From positions 8,316,655 through 8,380,654 of the forward strand of contig NC_134033.1 in assembly GCF_964204645.1 (NCBI RefSeq): a DNA stretch of 64,000 nt, written 5' to 3'. The stretch is from Tubulanus polymorphus (Eukaryota > Animalia > Nemertea). Positions 28,092 to 40,390 of this stretch are shown here, in pieces (the first letter of the stretch is position 1; the number at the start of each line of letters is the position of its first letter). The notes beneath the pieces are model-generated. The model saw nothing but the letters and a program-made list of their open reading frames with translations. It was not told the DNA's origin and searched no databases. Both the position numbers and the translations under genes were made by a program.

Positions 28092-28349
28092 AAAATACTG
28101 TATATGATATCCCTTATTAGCATTGAGAATATAGGCACTTGATTGAATTCATTTTAAAATGTCTCTTTTTGAATTTCTAGAAATCTCAAAATTGCCAGAT
28201 TATTTATGAGATAACTTGGTGGGCAGAACTAAAATAAGCTTTTAAGTCTAGTTGTGCACTTAATTTTGGATTTGAATTCAACTCACAATATGCCTTTGGG
28301 TTGCATCAAATCATTGTATCATTTATATTTTATTTTTTCCTTATTTCAG

Positions 28350-28394
28350 GGTAAAATTGGTGTTCCAGGTTATCCAGGTGTCAATGGCATTCCT
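28350..28394 (+). CDS. COL4A2: Exon 3 (45 bp) GKIGVPGYPGVNGIP
   Basis: TTTCAG/GTAAGC, phase 0. Confidence 0.93.
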
Positions 28395-28476
28395 GTAAGC
28401 TTTGACTGAACAGTATTCTGTAAAATCATTGCATAGTTGAATTAGTTTATATTATTCCCTTTTGCATCTATTTTAG

Positions 28477-28539
28477 GGTTTGACTGGTCCAACAGGACCA
28501 CGTGGTACACCTGGAAAAGATGGTTGTAATGGAACAAAG
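28477..28539 (+). CDS. COL4A2: Exon 4 (63 bp) GLTGPTGPRGTPGKDGCNGTK
   Basis: Conserved 7S GCNGT (Cys plus N-glycosylation sequon), TTTTAG/GTAGAT. Confidence 0.95.
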
Positions 28540-28705
28540 GTAGATATATTTCAACCATGAGTTAGGACCATGTTGTTGAAATGGGACCTGAATCTGGTTT
28601 TGACATGCTTTTTTCCTTAATTAGAAATGAGCTTAAGATTTGACTGATTTTTTTGGGTTTTTATTTACTTATGATCAAATGTTTTCCACGTTTTTTTTTT
28701 TCAAG

Positions 28706-28828
28706 GGAGATCCAGGTCTGCCTGGTGGAGCTGGTGTATCTGGGCCTCGTGGTGACCCAGGTCCAGTCGGCCCCAAAGGTTCTAAAGGTGAACCTGCTCT
28801 TGCACAACAAGGAACCAAAGGACTAAAG
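28706..28828 (+). CDS. COL4A2: Exon 5 (123 bp) GDPGLPG...PALAQQGTKGLK
   Basis: Gly-X-Y with first interruption, poly-T plus CAAG acceptor, GTAATG donor. Confidence 0.93.
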
Positions 28829-28991
28829 GTAATGAAATATGGAGAATTCTATCCTTTCAGCCTTTTATATTTCGAATACAGGTACATAGTAAGGCATGTC
28901 ATTTTTCACAAATTCCATTTTAAAGAGTTCTTTTTCTTAACCATTAGACTTCATAAAGTCATTGTATACACATATCTTATTTTACTTCCAG

Positions 28992-29027
28992 GGTGAATCC
29001 GGTCGTGATGGAAGACCAGGGCCCCCG
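28992..29027 (+). CDS. COL4A2: Exon 6 (36 bp) GESGRDGRPGPP
   Basis: TTCCAG/GTAAGT, phase 0. Confidence 0.92.
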
Positions 29028-29662
29028 GTAAGTAATTTTTATATCAAACCTTTTATCCAGTTCCATGATTAGGAATTTACTCTGAATTAAAGTAAGTTTC
29101 ATTTTGAATTGCCAGCCAGTCATTAAGTCAAATTAAACTCAAATCTGTGGGACTGGGTGCAACTGAATTACCATAGATAAGGTTTAACTTAAGTTACATA
29201 GTTTCATTTTGAATCACTTGTAGTTTTTAAGTCAAATTTAAACCCCAAACTGTGGGACAGAGTTAATAATGAATTAACATAGGCCTACTGGTACTCACAA
29301 GGTTGGATCCAGAGCCAGCTTCTCGTGGTTATTCCTGTAAGAAAGGGCTTTGTGAGATGGCAAGACACCTGTATCAAAGACGAGTGCCATAGGTGTGGAA
29401 ACATTTTCATTTTGAAAAATTAGATTAATTATAACAATTTAAGTCATTCTGGCAAGTTTGCACCAAAATGTTTTTGAAATCCCAAAAAAAAGATAATGAT
29501 AACCTTTGATGAGGTAGCAAAAAATTGAAAAATTGAAATTTCTAGGGATGCTTAGGAAACCTCAATACCTGCTTCTTCCACCTCACCAAGAGCTCAATCA
29601 GAGTAAGAATCAAATGAATTTTATTCGTAAACTGAAAAAAATATATTTCTTATCACTTTCAG

Positions 29663-29725
29663 GGTCCTCATGGTAGAGATGGGCTACTTGGGCCAAAAGG
29701 TGATGTTGGACCAGTAGGTCCTCGG
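29663..29725 (+). CDS. COL4A2: Exon 7 (63 bp) GPHGRDGLLGPKGDVGPVGPR
   Basis: TTTCAG/GTAAGT, phase 0. Confidence 0.93.
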
Positions 29726-31409
29726 GTAAGTTACAGATATCATAGACTCATAGCCTGTGATTTTTAAGGTCAGTTCTTTCTTCCTAAAAGCGACAAATTT
29801 TCCTCCAAACAGGGGCAAAATTAAAGTATGAAAAAATATGCAAATTATCCCCAGATTTTGGTCAATTCTTCAACTATGACAATCAAGCAAGCAGTAATGA
29901 ACTTTATTGCTTGCCAATTGATTTATAATTCAATGAACAATATTCTTACAGATTATGATTACATAATTTTTGCTGAGCAGATAACCCTTAAATCATATCA
30001 GTGAACCTGCTATGATATAAGGGTGTTAGAGGGCTTCTAGGGGGTTTCTATGAACAAATGAACTCCTGGACACAAGCCTGGTATTTCATAAAATTTCATG
30101 AAGTATTTCGTCTCTGTGCTGCCAGCCGGAAAAATTGCACATTTTTTTCTTGATGTCTGTGCTTCCCTTTTGGTTTTATTGTTGTAGTTATAATCAGCTT
30201 TTCCCCACCACAAGAGTCTTCAAGAGAATGGTGGCAGCCGACATAAAAAATAACAGGAAGCTGCCAGCCATCAGCTGAAATGACGATGTAATATGGGTTG
30301 CAGATATTTTTACAAGTGCGAGAGAATTCGAAACATATGTTATCAGTATTTGTAAAGAATTTGGCCTATATACTCTTTTCAAAATTTAAAAAACATCGGA
30401 AATGACATGGTTATAATGCGGGGTCAAACTCAGCTTTATGGAACTTTCAGTTGAATCAATATTGAAAATGTCCAATCTGTTTTGCCATTCCAGTGGTATT
30501 AGAGCCTAGCCTTGCCTCAATATGCATATAGCCCATACCAGGTCCAAAACCATTTAGCCTGTGCTAGGTCCATAGCTAAGCTTGTACCGTGTATCGAAAC
30601 TCATTTGGCCCTTACCTAGTCAGACCTACATATTTAGACCATACCAGATTCACATAATAACCATGTTAATTCAGTTCAATGACCAATGTCATGCATGTGA
30701 ATGTCTGTAATTGTTTTCAACAGTACCAAATTGAGTGTTCCGGTATTGATTAGGTTGTAGGTTGACTTTTTCTCATATGATGCCAGCAGTTTTACCCATA
30801 TTAGACCAATATATGCACGGTCAATTGATAAAGCACTATACACATACTCATCTCTGAAATGTTAGATATTTAGTATCTCAAATCTTAAGGATGGTCATCA
30901 TCTGGTTCAATGTGATGTGTTTTGGTCACTTTCTAATCTATACTCAGACTGAAGTCTATGCCAAACACTTAAGATGTAACTTTGTATGAAAAAGAACCAC
31001 AATTCTGACATTAGAAAAGAGGGAAAATTAAAAGTTTTTATATTTTTGCAACATTGCAGCTTAAGGGTTATCATGTAATTGTTTTTGATTGTTCACATGT
31101 ATACCTAGCAGGGGCAGTTGCCCCTCCCGTAGAGATTTTGGAAAAGTGCCCGTTTTGCAAGTATTGTTGTTATATCCAATAGAAATGCCCTTCTTTGGGT
31201 TTCTCTGCCCCTCGAATGCTAGCCCAGCTAACAGGGAAACATTCAAGAAACGTCTCAAAAATGTCTCACTTTTGTATAGGAAACGTTGTGTTGAAACTTT
31301 CTGAAATGTTATTCTGTGAACAATTTTGAACGCTTCAGAAACGATTTCATAAAACATCGAGGAAACATTGAAAACCTTGTGGAAATGTTTCAAACATGTT
31401 ATTCTTCTG

Positions 31410-32103
31410 TTTTTAGCTCCACTGTGACCAAAGGTCTGTCCGCCTGTCTGTCCGTCTGTCCGTTATTGCATCTGTCTATCCGTCAACTTTTGCTTCAATT
31501 TGCTACTAGTGCTACAGTTCTTTTCTAATCTTGATCAAACTTGGTATGAAGCTAATATGGGCCAAGGGCTAAAAAGTAATAGACTTTTTTCCCAATTTGA
31601 CCTTTACGGGCGCTGTACAGGTCACACTTGTAAAATCTTTAAATCGCTACTAGTCCTAAAATTATAATCCGATGTTGAGGAAACTTTGTATGTAGATACT
31701 ACGGCCAAAGGCTAAAAAGTTCTAAAGCCGTTTTCCAAATTTGACCTGTAGGGGTGCTATACGCTTGGCGCTTGTAAAATCTTTAAATCACTACTTGTCC
31801 TACAATTATTATCTAATCTTGGTATATAGATACCACAGGCCAAGGGCCAAAATGTTATAGAGCCGTTTTCCAAATTCGACCTCTAACGGGGTTGTACAGG
31901 TCATGCCCAAGATCTTTCAATTGCTATTTGTCGTACAATCATTATCCGATCTTGACGAAACTTGGTATGTAGATACTATGGGCCAAGGGCTAAAAGGTTA
32001 TTGAGCCATTTTCCAGATTTGAACACTAGGGCGTGTTGTGCATGTGGTCCTTGTAAAGTCTTATCATAAAGCAGCGGAGCTTTAACAGCCAAAAGTCCTC
32101 CTG
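31410..32103 (+). mobile_element. HINE-like family D, copy 1, with four ~140-bp tandem units
   Basis: SubTIRs AGCTCCACTG (31415) / CAGCGGAGCT (32072), (GTCY)n microsatellite, recurring CTTGGTAT...GGCCAAGGGCTAAAA at ~31537, 31681, 31819 and 31958. Confidence 0.8.
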
Positions 32104-32229
32104 AACCTGTATCGTGGATATCCATTGGACAAAACAATAATCATCACACCTTTATTAATTATTGAAGATGAAATTCAATGAAACTAGATTCATCACTAGA
32201 AAATCAAAATCTACTGATGGATCATCCAA

Positions 32230-32554
32230 CCTCTGCAGGGACTCGAACCTGATGGCATCACTACACTCAGCCACGGCACGAACCCCTGCATCCGTAGACC
32301 GGGTGCGCAGGTACATGCGCAGCTTTCCGAACGAAAACTGGCAGCACCAATCAGATCGTTGTATAATCGTTGAGGCAAATTTCAAGGAAGAACTATAAAT
32401 GGGAAAACCCGGGCTCAAATAAAACGGGATTTCTGATTGGCTAAAAATCACATCATCTGAACTGCGCATGTATCTGCGCACACGGTCGATTATGGCAGGG
32501 TTTCGTGCCGTGGCAATCTCGATGCCATCAGGTTCGAATCCCTGCCGGGGGAGG
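32230..32554. repeat. Foldback: ~95-bp inverted arms with ~135-bp spacer
   Basis: 32230-32324 is the imperfect reverse complement of 32460-32554. Confidence 0.85.
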
Positions 32555-33427
32555 ATGCTGATGGATGGACAGATATATTCCTTTGTTGTGCGTTTACTTT
32601 ATTCCACGAGCCTTCATAGGCATTTTCTTTGCTGCAACTTTCCCCATAGGCCCCATTAATTCTTTTGAAGAACTGGTCTGAAACAAATAAGGCACACAAA
32701 AAAATGAAGCATTTCTACATTAAATTTCGATATTACGTTTAGATCATAAATATCTGTTTCAAATATCAGTAAATAATGAATAAATTCTTTCAATCTTACC
32801 TATTGACTATATTGACAACTAACAAAGACTTGATCAGGATGGCAATGTTTGCAGTTAGCGCGCACAGGCAGCTCTCTCAGAGATCCGCGATCAGCTTCAA
32901 ATCTCACAAATATGAACTTATATAAAGTTTTTTTTCTAACCGAATCTAGCATACATTTTTCCTTTAAATTGTTCATTGAAAACTATTTTCAATACCTTGT
33001 ATACCTGTTTTAATGGGTATTGAATAAGGTTTCGGTATCAGAGTAAGAAAACGTTCCTTAAAGCATTTCATAAAAACGTTGCACTGAATGATTTTTGAAA
33101 ATGTTTCTGAAATGTTGAATTGTTACTATCATTCTTCAAACTCGAAGTGTCCAGTGTATAGTAGTTTAATAATATAAGAATGCATGAAATTGTAATTGCG
33201 ATATTTGTAATGATATATATCATATAAACAGAAAACTGTATTTTCAATACGTTTTAAGAATGTTTCTAAAATGTTTGAAAATAACGGAACCAAGCTGAAA
33301 CCAAAGTTAAACGTTTCGGGAATGTTTTGTGTTAACTGGGACAGAGGCCTACAGCCCTGTATATTTCTAGAAACTCATGAAATTTGTGTAAGGAATATGT
33401 GATAGGAATAATGTCTGTGTATTTCAG

Positions 33428-33619
33428 GGATCTATTGGCCCCCCTGGTTTGAGGGGAATAAAAGGCAGTGTTGGTATTGGAATTTGCACAAAAGGTATTA
33501 AAGGAGAAAGAGGTCGTCCAGGTCCGGCTGGTGAAAAAGGTATTGGGACTGATAGTCATAGTAGAGTAAATGGTACCTTCACCCTGTTGAAAGGTGACAA
33601 AGGAGAAGGAGGAATGAAG
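33428..33619 (+). CDS. COL4A2: Exon 8 (192 bp) GSIGPPG...GEGGMK
   Basis: TTTCAG/GTAAGA, two helix interruptions. Confidence 0.93.
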
Positions 33620-33850
33620 GTAAGAATGTGTTAAAAGTGGTTTTAAACCCAGGCTCTGAGTTAAAGATCAAACCTGTCTATAGAACCTGCCTCGTTGTTA
33701 GCATTACAAAACTGGTACCGGTATCTAAAACTAGTCTCAGGACTTGAGGTTAAAGTAGCCTATAAAAACAAGCTCCGGTTTGATCTAATTGTATCTATAT
33801 GTAGAAATACTTCATAAATTTTTATTGATACAAATTATGTTCTCATATAG

Positions 33851-33967
33851 GGTATGATTGGTATGAAGGGACGTGATGGATTACCGGGTGATGCAGGCTT
33901 GCCTGGCCTCCCTGGGGATGTTGGAATGAAAGGTGAAAAAGGTGTCCCAGGACCAGCAGGACCTCGA
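33851..33967 (+). CDS. COL4A2: Exon 9 (117 bp) GMIGMKG...GPAGPR
   Basis: TATAG/GTATGT, 13 triplets. Confidence 0.93.
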
Positions 33968-34071
33968 GTATGTAACGACTCACCAAATTTTTCTTGTATA
34001 TCATGGTGATGTGAAATTGAATGCTTCAAGAGATATCTCTGTCAGCTAAACATTCTTGATTGATACTTCAG

Positions 34072-34236
34072 GGAAAAATGGGTTTCCCGGGTCCTGAAGG
34101 CCTCACCGGATTTAAAGGAGATCATGGTGAAGATGGAAGACCTGGTTTATCAGGACGCGACGGTTTGAATGGTGAACGTGGGTTTAAAGGTGATCCTGGC
34201 ATGAAAGGAGCTCGTGGTCCTACTGGACCTGCTGGA
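34072..34236 (+). CDS. COL4A2: Exon 10 (165 bp) GKMGFPG...GPTGPAG
   Basis: TTCAG/GTAAGT, phase 0. Confidence 0.93.
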
Positions 34237-34315
34237 GTAAGTTTTTAATCAATTATCTATTCATGTTTTCATAGACGACACCTAATTAGTGTTTGAGACA
34301 TCTTGTTTCGATGTG

Positions 34316-36012
34316 GTTTTTAGCATTGGTTGACATCTATGACATCATATCTGGTACCAATGAAAATCCTTTGTTGAAAAAAAGCGGCAACGCTCTCATT
34401 GTCATAGTAGATTCAAATTGAAATACTGTTTACATAAAGAATAAAGGCTGGATTATGTCAAAAAGTGATGCGACGCCTACTGACTCTTACTGACACAGCT
34501 GAGAGCAACCGCAATCGCAGCCCAGCTTTTATCAACTGCATTCCAATTCCAAGCAGTTGAGGCTGAAATGCGGGCTACGAGATCCCGGTTGCTTCCCTGC
34601 TTATGTCAGTTAGTCAGTTACGATTACTAGCAACTGCAAGGGATCAGATGGTCATACGATAAACATTTTGAGAATAAATTAAAGTTACTTTGAATTATTG
34701 GTAAATATGTTTTCAGTTGAAAAGCTATTTCGTTAAGAAATTTATCTTTTTTAAATACAATGTACTGGGTACACAGCCAAAAATGTCTCAAATGTAATGT
34801 TTCTATTAATCCCTACAATGTAGCGTTGCCAGACTTTTGATTTAATGGTTCGAAAGGTTATTTTATCGGATTTTTGCTTGTAAGTTATGTGGTTGGTGAG
34901 AAGGGGTAAAGCAATCGCATAGTGCGCGATACATTCCCACTCATATTAACCTGCATCAGATCGAGAAAGAATTCCTTTATAATAACGTTTTTCGTGTTAC
35001 TGACGGCCATGGTGTTGTCAACTAATTGATTTCAGATGACCAATGCGAATCGGCGGGGACACATGTTCAATGGCAGTAGTTTATTGGCAGAGCAGTGATT
35101 GCGTGTGGAAATGTTAATACATCCGCGGCAGTAATGTTGCACCATACATAAATGCAATTCACTGTGTGCATCAGTTTTAGACCGCTTGTCAGCGAGCTGA
35201 TCGTCCCTTTATTCCACACCGATGAAATCTTCTAACTATGGCTACCCATACACTGCACAACCTTGGGTGGTCACTTTTTTATTTTTAAAAAGATTTATTA
35301 TTCGGCAAATCCGTACAAGCACGTGTCGAACTTTGGCAACCATGTATTAATAATAGGACAATGGACAAAATCAACATATTAGCTACCAAACTTGCTATGA
35401 TCGGATAAAGCTATTGCTTAAACCGTAAATATATCCTATGATGAAACTATTATAAAACCACAGTCAGTAAGTTGATGACCCTTATGAATGTCTGTGTGTA
35501 TGAATTTGTCAGTAAACCGTGTACTGTTAAGTCACATCTCACTGTCTTTGAGATTCGGGCTGTGATAGTAGGTTTACATGCCATCCGTGGTGCAGCTTGA
35601 GTTCTGAATTATTTATGAAGTGCCTATACGCTATCAATCAGCCCTTAGAACCCACCAGGTAGATAAATTACCCTACACATACTTTTGTTGATAAGCATCG
35701 AAACCCAGCAACAAGCTGACCAATCTGGTCAGTTGTTGGCATCAATCCAACTTGCCAAAAAAGACAATATGTATTTGGGTTGGAAATATGCTGATATTTT
35801 GCAGCTGGCCAATAAAAAATTTTCCAGAGTTCAGAGGGTTTAATCTGGAAGGGTGTACAGCACATTCAATACAAATACAATTAGCCTAGGCTAAACGAAT
35901 CAGCAGAAAAATGAAATTAATTTTCAACATGAATGAAAATCATACATTAAGACAAAAAGTCTTTGGTCCTACCAACCACTGTTTGTACATTTGCCGGCAG
36001 ATGTAGAACATT
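34316..36012 (+). mobile_element. HINE-like family A, copy 1 (3' truncated, interrupted by H1)
   Basis: Starts TTTTTAGCATTGGTTGAC and shares blocks with 51496-53153 and 57084-58789. Confidence 0.7.
34445..34765 (+). mobile_element. MITE family H1, copy C (partial, decayed)
   Basis: TAA then AGGCTGGATTATGTC..., colinear with the first ~320 bp of 26278-27067. Confidence 0.85.
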
Positions 36013-36237
36013 AACCCCTGAAAACTGTACCAGAGTATTATCTATCCATGTTTCAAGGCCCATTGTCACAATTTGTATTGATATGAATATGCTTCAAACT
36101 GACTTCATAGGTGCTGTTTATGAAATAAGTTGTGTTTAAACAAAAATGTTGCTGCAATATCGTCGGTTCTATTCTGATTGTGGAAAATCTGTTGATGATC
36201 TCGAAATTCAATGTCAGAAATTTCCAATTGATTTCAG

Positions 36238-36445
36238 GGTGGAACAGGTGCTGATGGACCTCAAGGACCACCTGGACCTCGAGGTCCACAGGGTATTCCC
36301 GGTGAGATGGGTAAACGTGGTGTGACTGGGCGTATTGGTTTGACTGGTCCAAAGGGTTCAGCCGGTGTTGATGGTTTACCCGGTGTTCCAGGGCGCACTG
36401 GTGAAGATGGCCCAAAAGGCCAAAAGGGTGAAAATGGATTCCCTG
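36238..36445 (+). CDS. COL4A2: Exon 11 (208 bp) GGTGADG...GENGFP
   Basis: TTTCAG/GTAGGT, ends in phase 1 (split Gly). Confidence 0.92.
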
Positions 36446-37019
36446 GTAGGTCATGGCTAAAATCACCTAGGGGTTTAATTCACAAGCAACATTGAGGGGC
36501 TATTGCAGGCTAAAAGCTAGGATCTTTCAAGGGCAGGTCTAAACTTAGCTGAAATGGTTATTTCACGCATGGTTTTTGACAATAGATTAGGCCTTTTCCT
36601 CAAATGTGCCCCTTTTAATGTGTTATGTTAATTTTGTATTGCCGAATTTGAAAAAAAGGCGTTTGGTAAAAATTCAGGGCATCATGTGAACCTCTCTTTG
36701 GGCATGTTTTCTCTCATGGAATATGCTCGTATAGATAAAGAATTTGATACTTTACGTAGATAAGCATTTATTATAGTTACGTTTCACATATTAACCATCC
36801 CTGGGAATGATGTGCCCTATGTCTATGAAACTGCGCCCTATTCTATGTTTCTCTGAAAAAATGCTGTGTTCTAGAGAACAACAGGGCCTGAAAATGCATG
36901 TAGATGTATACATATAGATATGTATATATTTTTCTTAGACAATGGCTTTCAATCATTTTCTTCATTGGACCTATTTATTATCATTCTTTAACTACTTTAT
37001 CAAAATGTTTTTACTGCAG

Positions 37020-37498
37020 GTATTGCTGGGCGTGACGGACTACGTGGCCTTCCTGGACCAACTGGACCGAAAGGTGATCCTGGTTCAAAAGGAGAACCTG
37101 GCCTTTCCATCCACGGACCTAAAGGTTTAGATGGCATACCCGGTCAAGATGGTACACCTGGAACGAAGGGTGATAAAGGTTACGCAGGTCCTCGTGGTTT
37201 ACCGGGTGATTCACCTGAAGGTCAAATCGGACCACAGGGTCCACCTGGTCCAAAAGGTGACAAAGGAATTTCAGGACTCAATGGGCGAGCTGGTATTCCC
37301 GGACTTCCTGGTCAGAAAGGTGACCTGGGTGGAGCTTGTACGCGATGTCTGCCTGGATCAAAAGGAGAGAAGGGAACTACAGGTTTAAATGGTATTGCTG
37401 GGCCACCAGGACCAATCGGACCAAAAGGTGAACGAGGTTTGGTTGGTTTGAGAGGAGATGATGGAGAACCTGGACAAGCGGGTACACCAGGACCAAAG
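37020..37498 (+). CDS. COL4A2: Exon 12 (479 bp) GIAGRDG...GTPGPK
   Basis: TGCAG/GTAAGC, contains GGACTRCLPG interruption. The ORF track shows only wrong-frame translations here. Confidence 0.95.
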
Positions 37499-38587
37499 GT
37501 AAGCTTTCAATCTGCAGCCATCTCACCTGTGTCCAGGACTTCACCCAAGATTTTTTTTAAAGAATTACTACAATCACCTGACAGTTAATCAATCAGCACA
37601 CTTTCAAAAATCAGGACTTCACTATGGTAATTTTATGAAGATGGAGGGGTAGTAATATATTAAGGTACAAAGTGATAAAATCAAGCTTATGGGGATTAGG
37701 AAATGCACTGCTGAGCTAAAAGAATACCTTTTCCAATGAATACATGTTCATTTTTGGTTTACCTATGCCGTCATTTTTTCTAGCATAAAATTTTATGTCA
37801 ATAGTGGTGCTGATGAACAAACGATTCATGACATGAGCACCTAGCCGCATGCAAAGAAACGGGATCGTAGCTATTGATTCCTCGGAGATTTCTGCCTAAA
37901 GCAATATTTCCGATCCACTGTTTTATGGCATTAACGTCCGATGACCTACATTTATGACGTTTTGACGGAGATTCCTCAATAAAGGAGTTCCCTATGCATT
38001 GTAACAACCAATCAGAACAACAACCTATCAGAGCTACGTGCAACTGCTAGGGAGTCCGTCAATTGACCGTTTAGTTACAATTTTCCTTGCCAAATAGTAT
38101 ATTGATTTCAAAATATTTTGCATTCTAAAATTGATTTTCGGTGCACCAGTGCCTATGTTGGTGAATAAAACGTGCGTTTCAATATGCTGATGAATTTTAC
38201 GCAATACTTATTTGCATATAGAAAACACCAACCAGGTGAACTGGAATTGTTTAGGATATAAGTAATCGTCATTCTTTGTTGGAAGTGGTTTCCCTGATAT
38301 TGTTGACTTCGCCGCCACATTACAGCCATGTCTGTGTCTGAGACGTGATGTCGCCTAATGCACAATGGAATTGGTCTTAGTCTCGGGTTGTGGCTGGCGC
38401 AGTATCACAGATTTTTCTTTGGTTCATGATTTGCGGATGTCTGCTATGGATCATTCTCTCCGGGACCGAACCTACTTGTACATTACAATTTGCATCCCTA
38501 TTTCATTTTCTGATATATTTTGAACTTTTTCAAATCTCATTTTTGCATTTCATCAGGCTGTGGTAAACATCTTTGCCCATGGGCAAT

Positions 38588-40133
38588 TATTTGGTTTACC
38601 TTTGTTAGCGATAGTGGAATTGGCATTTACGGTAGCCAATTATGTAGAATTGCGGTAGGTTTTTTTATATGAGCATTTTTTTTCATCGGTTCTTGGCCTG
38701 AAAAACGTTTAATTGATTGAAGACATGCAAAACCTCCAACTTCATTCAACTTTTTTAAAATTCTCTGAGCAGGTTCTAATCAATAGACACATACACACGC
38801 ACAGTGTTGTGTTACACTATTACATAGTGATACTGTTACGCTGTTTGCTAGCGCGTATGAATGCATCGTTTCTAGTTGTGTTCAAATAAGTTTTTTTTTT
38901 TTTGATAAAGTGATTATAATAAAATCCTAAGCAGCAAACTATTGTTTTGCTCGGCATACAAATCGAGGTCAATATTTTAGTGCTAAAATCGGGGGTTTAA
39001 AACGATCCACATACATGTACAAACAATGTTTTAATATTTTACGGTAACAGAATGTTAGCTTCCATGGCCCTACATTGGAAGAGGTTGAGAGATTCAATAT
39101 TCAGCCACCCTCTGTTTGGTTATATCGTATGAATTTTATATCTAGATATTTTTCATATTGTGAAAAAATATTTTTTCAAAATATAGAATAGTTTCCCGAA
39201 CTACCTGCACCCTACCAAATTTTGGTCACGGGACTGTTTTAATGTTGGAAACTGTGCTCTCAGTGAATGACGAATCAAATTCCAAATTTGAACGCTTTTC
39301 TTCAATTATATTGATTTACACATCACTTAAACACTGAAACTAAACAATAGCAAATACCTTACACTTACTTATCTTGATTTTCTCTTTTCCCATTTAATAG
39401 CAAAAACGTATAGGCCTATTACTTACGGGTCACAAGCCTTTTTTCCCTCACCAGTTTCACAAACAGGAACACAACCTGCAACTAAATTCTCAAACACACA
39501 CTACACTTATACTGAAAATCATACCTCACACACACACAATTCCTCTCTTTTCACAAAGCACAAATTGTTTCATACGTACCATGGGCGTCCCTAGGGGAAG
39601 GGTTCGCTAGTTCGAACCCCCTTTTTAAAAATTTTCAAACGTCAACAAACGTCGGCACATGGTCTGCATTTGCTAAATGAGCAAAATAAAATCAATACAT
39701 GCAAAGAACGGTAACCAGTTTACCTATCAGCCTCAGATTGCACCAGAACGCACCTGCTTGCACAAAATTTTCAAATATTTTCTGGGGAGGACCCCACACC
39801 GCTCTATTCCTAAAAACGAACTCCCCCAAAAAAGCTTGGGTTGCCATGCATACTATACACAAATCATTGATAAACCTTACACCCAGTATTCGTGTCTAAA
39901 ATATGAAGTATTTACGCATTTTAAAACCACGACCACATCACAACTGTAAACAAATGTATTTTTTGGCCTTATTTGACTACAAAATAGTTCTTTGAAAAAG
40001 ATAAAATACAGTATTAAAAGAATTTTGAACTCAAGAATTAAAAAGATTTTTCATAGGCAATGTCCTTGCCAAACAAGCTCCATTTTTCAAGGGACACCAC
40101 TTTGGCCATGGGCAATTTATCAACTTATTCTGT
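38588..40133 (+). repeat. Interspersed repeat shared with 60665-61626
   Basis: Colinear blocks (ACCTTTGTTAGCG, ATTCAGCCA, CCCTACCAAATTTT, GGCCTTATTTGAC, GAACTCAAGAATTAAAA, CCAAACAAGCTCCA). An extra ~700-bp insert lies at ~39238-39942. Confidence 0.75.
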
Positions 40134-40140
40134 CTCACAG

Positions 40141-40210
40141 GGAGCAAAGGGACGTCAAGGAGTAGAAGGGTTACGTGGAGTAAAAGGTGAAGATGCCATA
40201 CCACATGATG
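40141..40210 (+). CDS. COL4A2: Exon 13 (70 bp) GAKGRQG...DAIPHD
   Basis: CACAG/GTAAGA, phase 0 to 1. Confidence 0.92.
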
Positions 40211-40390
40211 GTAAGAAAAACTTTGTACACTCAAGCCTGATTAATCCGGATCACATTGAATTGAAAATTATGAGCAAGTGGATTGTTAATGTCTCTATTA
40301 GTCTGACATCGATTAAAACCAATTTGAATCCAAGCTGGTTGAATGCGGCGTGAAAAAATTTTATTTTCCAATATTCTAATTTTTATTCAG

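Larger units (their letters stand above)
31223..33340. mobile_element. CACTA/EnSpm-like non-autonomous element with nested insertions
   Basis: TIRs CCCAGCTAACAGGGAAACATTC / GAATGTTTTGTGTTAACTGGG and AAACGTT subterminal repeats at both ends. Confidence 0.65.

Noticed and set aside
8355-28349. Nested protein-coding gene in the 20-kb intron
   Set aside because: All listed ORFs are short, most overlap repeats, and none shows a recognisable domain other than the LINE remnant. Small exons cannot be fully excluded.
31530-32070. CRISPR-like array
   Set aside because: Contiguous ~140-bp degenerate units with no unique spacers, no cas genes, and a eukaryotic intron context.
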